A DNA stretch of 64,000 bases, from assembly GCF_963921235.1 (NCBI RefSeq), contig NC_086109.1, positions 930,001-994,000 on the forward strand, written 5' to 3'. The position numbers and the translations under genes were made by a program. The notes below the pieces were generated by a model, which worked only from the letters and a program-made list of their open reading frames with translations, made no database searches and was not told where the DNA came from. Of the stretch, positions 50,501 to 60,879 are shown in pieces. Numbering within the stretch: position 1 is the first letter of the stretch; each line of letters starts with the position of its first letter. This stretch comes from Mobula hypostoma. Taxonomy: Eukaryota.

Positions 50501-50910
50501 GGTAAGTACAGACCACGTGAGATCCTTGATGATGTGTATACCAAGGAACTTAAAGCTGTTCACCCTCTCAACCCCAGATCCATTGATGTCAATAGGGGCT
50601 AGCCTGTCTCCATTTCTCCTGTAGTCCATTACCGGCTCCTTTGTTTTTGTGACATTGAGGGAGAGGTGGTTTTCTTGACACCACTGTGTCGGGGTGATGA
50701 CTTCTTCTCTGTAGGCTGCCTCATTATTATTTGAGATTAGGCCAATCAGTGTAGTGTCGTCAGCAAATTTAATCAGCAGATTCGAGTTCTGGGTGGTGAC
50801 ACAGTCGTGGGTATACAGAGAGTAAAGGGGGGGGGGCTTGGTACACAGCCCTGAGGGGCACCTGTGTTGAGAGTCAGAGGAGCAGAGGTGAGGGAGCCCA
50901 CTCTTACTAA
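47580..50910 (-). mobile_element. Rex1/Babar LINE RT (47580-47956 and ~50501-50910), split by a CR1
   Basis: The minus strand gives LYSLYTHDC..LIKFADDTT, FKFLGIHI, KKAQCLFHLRQLKKFG, SILTGCITAWY and IIGDPTHPNHKLFQLLPS. Confidence 0.85.
47957..50500 (-). mobile_element. Relatively young CR1 LINE (EN end, RT, 3' tail) nested in the Rex element
   Basis: ORFs 50137-50424, 49358-50149 and 48712-49176 with GDFNFP, GVPQGSVLGP and KFADD; CATAGA tail. Confidence 0.92.
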
Positions 50911-52076
50911 CAATATGCCAGAGGTCAGTGAGTGTCAGGAAGCGGGAGTGAGTGCCATTGCTATTACAAAGGGAGAAGAGTGAAGCAAACTCAAAGGTTT
51001 TAAGGTGGATAAGTCACCTGGACCAAATGGACTACATCCCAGAGTTGCTGAAGAGAGAACATTGGTCATGATCTTTCAAGAATACTGGATTCTGGCATGG
51101 TCCTGGAGGATTGGAAAATTGCAACTGTCACTGCACTGTTTAAGAAAGGAGGAAGGCAAAAGAAAAGAAATTATTGGCCAGTTAGCCTAACCTCAGTGGT
51201 TGGGAAAGTGTTGGAGTCTATTATTAAGGACAAGGTTTTGAAGTACTTGGAGACTAATGATAAAATAAGTCAAAGTCAGCATGGTTTCTGTAAAGGGAAA
51301 TCTTGCCTGACAAATCTGTTGGAGTTCTTTGAGGAAGCAATCAGCAGGGTGGACAAAGGAGAGGTAGTGGATGTCATTTACTTGGATTTTCAAAAGGCAT
51401 TTGATAAGGTGCCACACATGAGACTGCTTAACAAGATAAAATTAATTCTACAGCGTTACATGAAAGATATTGGCATAGATAGAGGAATGTCTCCAGGCAG
51501 GAGGCAGTAAGTGGGAATAAAAGGGGCCTTGTTGGCTGCCAGTGACTAGTGGTGTTCCTCAGAGGTCAGTATTGGGACCGCTACTTTTCACTTGTTTGTC
51601 AGTGATTTAGATAATTGAAGTAATGGCTTTGCAGCAAAGTTTGTGGTTGATACAAACATAGGTAGAGAGGTAGGTAGTGCTGAGGAAGCAATGTGATTGC
51701 AGCTGGAATTGGACAAATTGGAAGAATGGGCAAAAAAGTGGCAGATGGAATACAGTGTTGGGAAATGTATGATAATGCATTTTGGTTAAAGGAACAATAG
51801 TGTGGACTATCTAAATGGGGAGAACATTTAAACGTAGGTGCAAAGGGACTTAAGAGTCATAGGTTGACTCGTGGTAAAGAAGGCAAATGCAATGTTGGCA
51901 TTTATTTCAGGGGAATATAATATAAAAGCAAGGAGATTATGCTGAGGCTTTATCAGACACTAATCAGGCCATGCTTGGAATATTGTCAACAGTTTTGAGC
52001 TCCATATCTCAGAAAAGATGTGTTGTCATTGGAGAGAGTCCAGAGGAGGGTCACAAGGATTATTCTGGGAATGAAT

Positions 52077-53664
52077 GACCATAAGTCCATAAGACAAAGG
52101 AGTAGAAGTCAGCCATTTGACCCATCGAGTCTGCTCCGCCATTTTATCATGAGCTGATCCATTCTCCCATTTGGTCTCACTGCCCCGCCTTCTCACCATA
52201 ACTTTTGATGCCCTGGCTACTCAGATACCTATCAATCTCTGCCTTAAATACACCCAATGACTTGGCCTCCACTGCTGCCCGTGGCAACAAATTCCATAGA
52301 TTCACCACCCTCTGGCTAAAAAAATTTCTTCGCATTTCTGTTCTGAATGGACGCCCTTCAATCCTTAAGTCATGCCCTCTCCCCCATCATGGGAAACAAC
52401 TTTGCCACATCCACTCTGTCCATGCCTTTCAACATTCAAAATGTTTCTATGAGGTCTCCCCTCATTCTTCTAAACTCCAAGGAATACAGTCCAAGAGCGG
52501 ACAAACGTTCCTCATATGTTAACCCTCTCATTGCCGGAATCATTATAGTATAGTCATATAGAATTTTCTCTGTACCCTCTCCAACGTCAGCACATCCTTT
52601 CTTAAGTAAGGAGACCAAAACTGCCCACAGTACCCCAAGTGAGGTCTCACCAGCGCCAACCTCAACATCATATCCCTGCTCCTATACTCTATTCCTCTAG
52701 AAATGAATGCCAACATTGCATTCGCCTTCTTCACCACCGACTCAACCTGGAGATTAACCTTAAGGGTATCCTGTACGAGGACTCCCAAGTCCCGTTGCAT
52801 CTCCGAACTTTGAATTCTTTCCCCATTTAAATAATAGTCTGCCCATTTATTATTTCTGCCAAAGTGCATAACCATACACTTTCCAACATTGTACTTCATT
52901 TGCCACTTCTCTGCCCATTCTTCCAATCTATCCAAGTTTCTCTGCAGACTCTCCATTTCCTCAGCACTACCAGCCCTTCCACCTATCTTCGTATCGTCAG
53001 CAAACTTACCCGCAAAGCCATCTATTCCATAATCCAAATCGTTGATGTACAATGTAAAAAGAAGCGGCCCCAACACGACCCCTGTGGAACACCACTGGTA
53101 ACCGGCAGCCAACCAGAATAGGATCCTTTCATTCCCACTCTCTGTTTGCTGCCAATCAGCCAACGCTCTACCCACGTATGTAACTTTCCCGTAATTCCAT
53201 GGGCTGTTATCTTGTTAAGTAGCCTCATGTGTGGTACCTTGTCAAAGGCCTTCTGAAAATACAAATATACAACATCCACTGCATCTCCCTTGTCTAGCCT
53301 ACTTGTAATTTCCTCAAAAAATTGTAATAGGTTTGTCGGGCAGGATTTTCCTTGAAGGAATCCATGCTGAGTTCTGCCTATCTTGTCATATGCCTCCAGG
53401 TACTCTGTAACCTCATCCTTGACAATCGACTCCAACAACTTCCCAACCACCAGTGTCAAGCTAACAGGTCTATAATTACCTTTTTGCTTCCTTGCCCCCT
53501 TCTTAAATATCGGAGTGACATTTGCAATCTTTCAGTCCTCCGGAACCATGCCGGAATATATTGACTTTTGACAGATCATCGCTAATGCCTCCGCAATCTC
53601 CACAGCTACTTCCTTCAGAACACGCGGGTGCATTCCATCTGGTCCGGGAGATTTATCTACCTTT
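52077..53664 (-). mobile_element. CR1 LINE RT and 3' tail
   Basis: KSPGPDGMHPRVLKE, KAFDKVPH, KFADDTK; tail ccataagtccataagac. Confidence 0.9.
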
Positions 53665-53996
53665 AATGGGGTTAACATATGAGGAGAATCTTGCAGCTTT
53701 GGGCCTGTAGTCACTGCAATTTAGAAGAATGCGAAGGGATCTCATTGAAACCTACTGAATGTTGAAAGGAGTACATTGGATGGATGTGGGGAGGATGTTT
53801 GCTATGGTGAGGGTATCCAGAAATAGAGGCACTGCCTCAAAACTGAGGGGTGACCTTTTAGAAAAGAGGTAAGGAGAGATTTTTCTAGCCAGAGAGTAGT
53901 AAATCTGTGAAATACTCCACCACAGACTGCGGTGGAGGCCAAGTCCATGGGTATATTAAAAGCAGAATGTGATAGTTTACTGAGTGGTCAGGGCAT

Positions 53997-55686
53997 AATA
54001 ACGGGGACAAGGAAATGGCTGATGAACTAACTGAGTATTTTGCATCAGTCTTCACTGTGGAAGACACTAGTATTATGCCTGCTGTTGTAGTGTGTGAAGG
54101 AAGAGAAATGGGTGCAGTTACTTTTATAAGAAAGAAGGTGCTCAAAAAGCTGAAAGACCTAAGGGTACATAAGTCACCTGGACCAGATGAACTGCATCCT
54201 CGGGTTCTGAAAAAGTTAGCGTTAGAGATTGTGGTGGCATTAGAAATGAACTTCCAAAAATCATTGGAATTTGGCATTGTGCCAGAGGACTGGAAAATTG
54301 CAAATGCCGCTCTGCTCTTTAAAAAAAGGAGTAAGGCAGCAGAAAGAAAATTATAGACCAGTTAGCCTGACCTCAGTGGTTGGGAAGATGTTAGAGTCAA
54401 TTGTTAAGAATGAGGTGATGGAGTACTTGGTGACACAGGACAAGATGGTACAAAGTCAGCATGGTTTCCTTTAGAGAAAATCCTGCCTGACAAATCTTGG
54501 AATTCTTTGAGTTGATTACAAGTAGGATTGATAAAGGGGATGCAGTGGATGTTGTATATTTGGACTTTCAGAAGGCCTTTGACACATGACGCTGCTTAGC
54601 AAGTTAAGAGCCCATGGTATTACAGGAAAGTTACTAACATGGTTAGAGCATTGGCTGACTGGTAGGAGGCAGTGAGTGGGAATGAAAGGATCATTTTCTG
54701 ATTGGCTGCCAGTGACTAGTGTGTTCCGCTAGGGTCGGTGTTGGGACCACTTCTTTTTATGTTGTATATCAATGATTTAGATGATGGAATAGATGGCTTT
54801 GTTACTAAGTTTTCAGATGATACGAAGATTGGTGGAGGGGCAGATAGTATTGAGGAAGCAGGTAGGATGCAGAAGGACTTGAACAGATTAGGAGACTGGG
54901 CAAGAAAGTGGCAAATGAAATACAAAGTTGGACAATGCATTGTCATGCACTTTGGAGAAGAAATAAATGTGTGGACTATTTTCTAAACTGGGAGAAAATA
55001 CAAAAATCTGAGATGCAAAGGGACTTTGGAGTCCTTGTCGAGAACACCCTGAAGGTTAACTTGCAGGTGGTGTCGGTGGTGAGGAAAGCAAATGCCATGT
55101 GAGCATTCATTTCAAGAGGTCTAGAATACAAGAGCAGGGGTGCGATGCTGAGGCTTTATAAGGTACTGGTGAGGCCTCACCTTGAGTATTGTGAACAGTT
55201 TTGGGCCCCTCATCTTAGAAAAGATGTGTTGGCATTGGAGAGGGTCCAGAGGAGGTTCACAAGAATGATTCCAGGGTTATCATACGAGGAACGTTTGATG
55301 GTTCTGGGTCTGTACTTGCTGGAATTCAGAAGGATGAGGAGTTGCTTACTGAACCTTTCGAATGTTGAAAGGCCTAGACAGAGTAGATGTGGAAAGGTTG
55401 TTTTCCATGGACAAGAGGGTGCCCTTTCAACACAGAAATGCAGAGAAATTTCTTTAGCCAAAGGCTGGTGAATTTGTGGAATTTGTTGCCACATGCAGCT
55501 GTGGAGGCCATGTTGCTTGGTGTATTTAAGGCAGAGATTGATAGGTTCTTGATTGGACATGGCATCAAAGGTCATGGGGAGAAGTCTGGGAACGGGGTTG
55601 AGGAGGAAAAAAATGTATCAGCCATGATTGAATGGCGGAGCAAACTCGATTGGCCAGATGACCGAATTCTGCTCCTATGTCTTATG
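53997..55686 (+). mobile_element. CR1 LINE RT and 3' tail, nested in another CR1 3' end
   Basis: [47 protein letters not shown]. Confidence 0.9.
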
Positions 55687-55869
55687 GCATCAAAGGATAT
55701 GGCGAGAAGACAGGTGGATGGGATTGAGTGGGATCCAGGATCAGCCATGATAGAATGGCCGAGCAGACTTGATGGTTGAATGGCCTAATTCTGCTCATAT
55801 GTCTTCTGGTCTTCCAATAATTTTCTCACAGCTGATGTCCGACTCGGCAGCCTAGAATTTCTTTTTAGA

Positions 55870-56598
55870 CAACACACATAAAAGTTGCTGGTGAACACAG
55901 CAGGCCAGGCAGCATCTCTAGGAAGAGGTACAGTCAACGTTTCGGGCCGAGACCCTTCGTCAGGACTAACTGAAGGAAGAGCGAGTAAGGGATTTGAAAG
56001 GGGGAGGGGGAGATCCAAAATGATAGGAGAAGACAGGAGGGGGAGGGATGGAGCCAAGAGCTGGACAGGTGATAGGCAAAAGGGATACGAGAGGATCATG
56101 GGACAGGAGGTCCGGGAAGAAAGACAAGGTGGGGGGGGGGACCCAGAGGATGGGCAAGGGGTATATTCAGAGGGACAGAGGGAGGAAAAGGAAAGTGAGA
56201 GAAAGAATGTGTGTATAAAAATAAGTACCAGATGGGGTACGAGGGGGAGGTGGGGCATTAATGGAAGTTAGAGAAGTCGATGTTCATGCCATCAGGTTGG
56301 AGGCTACCCAGATGGAATATAAGGTGTTGTTCCTCCAACCTGAGTGTGGCTTCATCTTTACAGTAGAGGAGGCCGTGGATAGACATGTCAGAATGGGAAT
56401 GGGATGTGGAATTAAAATGTGTGGCCATTGGGAGATCCTGCTTTCTCTGGCAGACAGAGCGTAGGTGTTCAGCAAAGCGGTCTCCCAGTCTGCGTCTGGT
56501 CTCGCCAATATATAAAAGGTCTGCTGTGTTCACCAGCAACCTTTATGTGTGTTGCTTGAATTTCCAGCATCTGCAGAATTCCTGTTGTTTGCGTTTTT
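55870..56598 (-). mobile_element. Second Penelope-like element: short GIY-YIG 3' end and pLTR, with an inverted terminal segment
   Basis: Near-identical to 37190-37830; 56521-56595 is the reverse complement of the element end; flanking duplication TTTCTTTTTAGA (55858-55869, 56599-56610). Confidence 0.88.
55931..55968 (-). ncRNA. Minimal hammerhead ribozyme motif, second copy (GUU cleavage triplet)
   Basis: Minus strand UAGUC-CUGACGA-AGGGUCUCGGCCC-GAAA-CGUU-GACUG. Confidence 0.72.
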
Positions 56599-56610
56599 TT
56601 TCTTTTTAGA

Positions 56611-57895
56611 GCCTTTTTTAAATAGCAGACAACATTGGCTATCCTCTGGCACCTCACCTGTCAGGAAGGATGATTTAAAATGTCTCTGCTTATGCCCCGG
56701 CAATTTCTTCACTGGCCTCCAGTAGGGTCCGAAGGAACACCTTGCGGATTTACCACCCTGATTCCTCACAGGATAGCAAACGCTTCATATTCTGTAATCT
56801 GCATAAGGTCCATGATCTCACTGCTGCCTTGCCTCACTTTTATCGACTTTGTATCTGTCTCCCAGGGAAATACAGATGGAAAGATGGCATTTAAGATCTC
56901 CCCATCTGTTTTGGCTCCACACATGGATTATCATTCTGGTCTTCCAGAGGACCAATTTTATCCCTAGCAATCCTTTTGGTCTTAACATATTTGTATTATC
57001 CCCTAGGATTCTCCTTCCCTTTGTCTGCTGGAGCAACTTCATGCCCTTTTTTGGGTTCCTTATTTTTCTTAAGTGTTCTCTTGCATTTGTTGTGCTCCAT
57101 AAGCACGTCATTTATTCGTACTTGCCTATACGTGCTATGCACCTCCTTTTTTCTCTTAACCAGGGCCTCACTAACTCTTGGTAGCCAAGGTTCCCTACAC
57201 TTGCTGTCTTTACCTTTTATTCTGACAGGCATATACAAGCTTTGCACTCTCAAAATTTCATTTTTGAAGGCCTCCCATTTTCCAAGTAGACCTTTGCCAG
57301 AAAACAGCCTGTCCAAATCCACTTTTGCCAGATAACTTCTGATACCATCAGGATTGACCTTTCTCCAGTTTAGAATCTCAACCCGCAAACCAGACCTACC
57401 TCTTTGCACATTTACTTTGAAACTAATGTCATCGTGGTCATTGCATGCAAAGTATTCCCCTACACAAACTTCTGTCACCTGCCCTATCTCATTCCCTAAT
57501 TGCAGATCCTGCATCACACACTCTCTCATTGGGACTTCTACGTATTGATTGAGGACACTTTCCTGAACACATTTGACAAGCTCTGTCCCATCTCATCCTT
57601 TAACAGTATGGAATTCCTAGTCAATATGTAGATAGTTAAAATTATATAACTATTTTATATTTCTTGCAACAGTCTTTGATCTCTTTACAGATTTGTTCCT
57701 CTAAATCCCTAGGACTGTTGGATTGTCTGTAAAATCACACCATTAACGTGGTCATACCTTTCTCATTTCTCAGTTCCACCCATAACACTTCGCTAGTCGA
57801 GTTCTCCAGTCTGTCTTGACTGAGCACTGCTGTGACATTTTCCCTGACGAGTAACACTACCCTTCCTCCTTTAGTCCGACCCACTCTGTCATGGT
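56611..57895 (-). mobile_element. Degenerate CR1 LINE EN/tether fragment
   Basis: LGNEIGQVTEVCVGEYF..DHDDISF, WEAFKNEILRVQSLYMP. Confidence 0.82.
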
Positions 57896-58267
57896 CAGCT
57901 ATCCAGAGGTTCTTTCCAGTATCCTGCCTAGCATCCCCACAGTTCTAACTGTGCAAATATAAAGAAGGAAAACACAAAATAAACTGGGGGAAAATGATCT
58001 GCCTACAGCTTTTACACCTCCTTGCACTCAAGCCTCTACTTCCTGCCTTGATGAGCTAAAGCCACAAAACCCCACTCTAGCACCGTCCAACCAGCCACTC
58101 CCAACAATAGCCACTCTACCCTATTTTATATTGTTCTTGCCAATCAATCCCAATCACTGATTGGCTGCTTCTCAAAACGCCATACTGCCATGAATCAATA
58201 CCTTATGTATTCATTGGTGAACCTGAGTGAGCTACGTCTTCTCACACTGCGGATCGCTGACAGGCTG

Positions 58268-58845
58268 CATAGAGCTGAGAGGTAATGTTGCAGCTACGTA
58301 TATAGGACCCTGGTCAGACCCTACTTGAAGTACTGTGCTCAGTTCTGGTCACCCCACTACAGGAAAGATGTGGAAGCTGTAAGAGTGCAGAGGAGATTTA
58401 CAAGGATATTGCCTAGATTGGGGAGCATGCCTTATGAGAATAGGTTGAGTGAACTCGGCCTTTTCTCCTTGGGGTGACACAGGATGAGAGGTGACCTGAT
58501 AGGGGTGCACAAGATGATGAGAGGCATTGATTGTGTGGATATTCAGAGGGCTGAAATGGCTAACACAAGAGGGCGCAGTTTTAAGGTGCTTGAAAGTAGG
58601 TACAGAGGAGATGTCAGGGTTAAGTTTTTTAAGCAGAGAGTGGTGAGTGCATGGAATGGGCTGCCTACAATGGTGGAGGCGGATACAATAAGGTCTTTTA
58701 AGAAACTCTTGGGTAGGTAAATGGAGCTTAGAAAACTGGAGGGCTATGGGTAACCGTAGGTAATTTCTAAAGTAAGTACATGTTTGGTACAGCATTGTGG
58801 GCCGAAGGGCCTGTATTATGCTGTGGGTTTTCTGTGTTTCTACAA
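58268..58845 (+). mobile_element. CR1 LINE 3' end, same subfamily as 47957-50500
   Basis: RPYLKYCAQFWSP..MRGDLI..RVVSAWNGLP and the matching 3' UTR. Confidence 0.85.
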
Positions 58846-59435
58846 TGCTTACCCATGCCTGATCTATACTTTCTCTGCTTTGACAATTCAGGTTCTCTTC
58901 AGATGTTTCTTAAACATTATTTACTTCCGCCACCCCTAATAAATAGTGTGCTGCAGACTCCAAGCCTCCTTTGGAGGAAAGCAAATCCCCTCTTAATGTC
59001 ATTCCCTCCCATTGTTTAGATACCATTTTCATTTTTATTGTCGATTCCATCTATGCTTCTTTTGTACACTCACATCACTCTCCCATCAACCTTGTCCACT
59101 CCAAGGAAAACAGATCCAACCCTTCCCAGTCTTTCTTCATCACTGAAACATCCAAGAAAACATCCTCAAGAATCTCCTCTGCAGCCTCCTCTGCACCATC
59201 ATAATCTTGCAGTGCTCTGTCTCCCTATGCCCTGAAGATGTTCCAGCACTCTGTTCCCACTGCTCTTCGACCAAAAGAGTGCTGAAACCCTCCCTTCCCC
59301 ACCCTACCCCCTACGACAGGTAAAAAGCTTGCCTGGTGCCTATACCATATGGCTGAACAAGTAGAGAGCTGAGAGAGCTACAGTCCTCAGTAATCATCCA
59401 CTCACACGAGGCAGGCAGGTTTCTGTCTTATATTC

Positions 59436-59441
59436 TTTATT
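59436..59441 (-). terminator. Candidate MPZ polyadenylation signal (AATAAA)
   Basis: tttatt on the + strand, at the distal end of about 1.3 kb of unique sequence downstream of the MPZ stop. Confidence 0.55.
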
Positions 59442-60621
59442 ACTGAAATGTCTGTTACATCATTAGGGGGCCTCTGCTTTTCCATTCTCACACACTCGGC
59501 AGAGGTTGCAGACCCCATGGGATTAGACACAGATTCTTGCCGTTAATTCCATTAATACAACAAACAGGATAACCCGCATTGCAGTGTTAGTCTTACGGCC
59601 TGTCTTGGGAGAGAGGGGGAAGTGTCACCCCCCCCTTGACCTGTCTGGGTGGGGGAGTACAGGGGGTTGGAGGGGGTCATTGTTGAGACGTGACAGACAG
59701 CCCAACTCAGGCACTATTCAGGGCAGGTCCCCAAACAGCCAATTACAGCTTGGGGTCAGAGCAGTGCTTGAGTGGGCCAACTTGAGTTTGAGTACAGTGC
59801 ACTCTTGAGCTGACCAGTGGTGGCCATTGGGTCTCAGGTCATTAATGAACTCAGTTGACCAATGGCAGCCATTGTCTCTCTGGTCATTGGCCAGCCAGGC
59901 TGACAAATGGCAGCCAAAGAGCAGCCAAGCTGACGAATGAAACCAAAGTCTTTCTGGTCATTGGTCAGCCAAACTGACCAATGGTGTCCAGAATCTCAGT
60001 CCCTTCCTGATTTTGTTCTTTTGGTTTCAGAAGCCAGATTTTTGGCAGTTCAGAGTAACAACCAGCCCCATTCCTGTTCTCGGAAATGTGCTGGGGGTGA
60101 GGCACTTGTTGGGTGGTACTTCTTTCACCCCCTCGAGCGTACAGTGAGGGTTTGGGATGCACCCAGAGACATAAGATAGTACCGTATGGAGTGAGCCAAG
60201 GGAGGAGCGGGTCAGTTTTGGCCATCGGGAAGGAAAGGGGATGGGGTTCCCCGGGGTCATGGGTAACGTTTCCAATGCAGGGTCACCCCTACCCTCTGCC
60301 ACCAACAGGGCAGGAAATGGGAGAGAGGTTAGGTTGCCTGCCTGCCCCCACAACCCTCCCTGACCTGATGCAGGAACCACACATACCAACTCCATGGGCT
60401 GTTGGCAATCATTGGAATCTACAAGGATTGCCCCTTCCCCTTTGCCCTATTCCAATATCACCCCCCCTCCCCCACCAACCTATTCTCAACCCAGCTGGAC
60501 CACCAACCCCCTTGCCCAGCCCTGAGACTGCATGGAGGTGGTAGAGGAGCCCGAGGTGAGGGAGAGCCGGAAGACGGGAAGGGGGAGCTGCAACTTGTGG
60601 TGATGGGTAGGCACTGGCCTG

Positions 60622-60780
60622 TTATCTGGTGACGGCCCCCGGACCCCTGCCCTCGGTGTCACTGCCGGTGTCCGAATCTGTCAGCGTCAGCTCGATAGTC
60701 ATAAGCACACGCTGGCCGTCCCCAGCCCTGGCCGGTGCCCCTGCACTGCCCCTCCCAGCGCCCCCCCGGCGGGCTAACCG
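60622..60780 (-). CDS. MPZ: Putative stop-codon readthrough extension of MPZ (L-MPZ-like), 52 codons then TAA
   Basis: In frame after TAG: RLARRGGAGRGSAGAPARAGDGQRVLMTIELTLTDSDTGSDTEGRGPGAVTR*; stop context TAG CGG TTA G. Confidence 0.65.
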   Translation of the reverse strand, partial: RLARRGGAGRGSAGAPARAGDGQRVLMTIELTLTDSDTGSDTEGRGPGAVTR

Positions 60781-60879
60781 CTATTTCCGTTCCCTCTTGG
60801 ACTCCGAGGTCTTCGCCTTCTTCTCACTGGCCCCCTTGCCGCTCTTGCTCTGGTCCAGGGTGGCGTAGAGGACAGGGCC
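60781..60879 (-). CDS. MPZ: MPZ exon 6, coding part to the TAG stop
   Basis: cccggtcag|GGCCCTGTCCTCTACGCC...CGGAAATAG; GPVLYATLDQSKSGKGASEKKAKTSESKRERK*. Confidence 0.95.
   Translation of the reverse strand, partial: GPVLYATLDQSKSGKGASEKKAKTSESKRERK

Larger units (their letters stand above)
45690..55810 (+). mobile_element. One plus-strand CR1 LINE split by nested insertions (pieces ~45690-45942, 46964-47575, 50910-52076, 53665-53996, 55686-55810)
   Basis: The pieces are collinear from EN (DWVLCNNPDLI..GSDHNM) through RT (YLDFQKAFDKVPH) to the 3' tail, and the sequence resumes after each insert. Confidence 0.75.

Noticed and set aside
59586..59591. ACUAAC (QKI core motif) on the MPZ mRNA strand
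   Set aside because: A single hexamer whose nearest downstream UAAY half-site is about 30 nt away; not distinguishable from chance without conservation data
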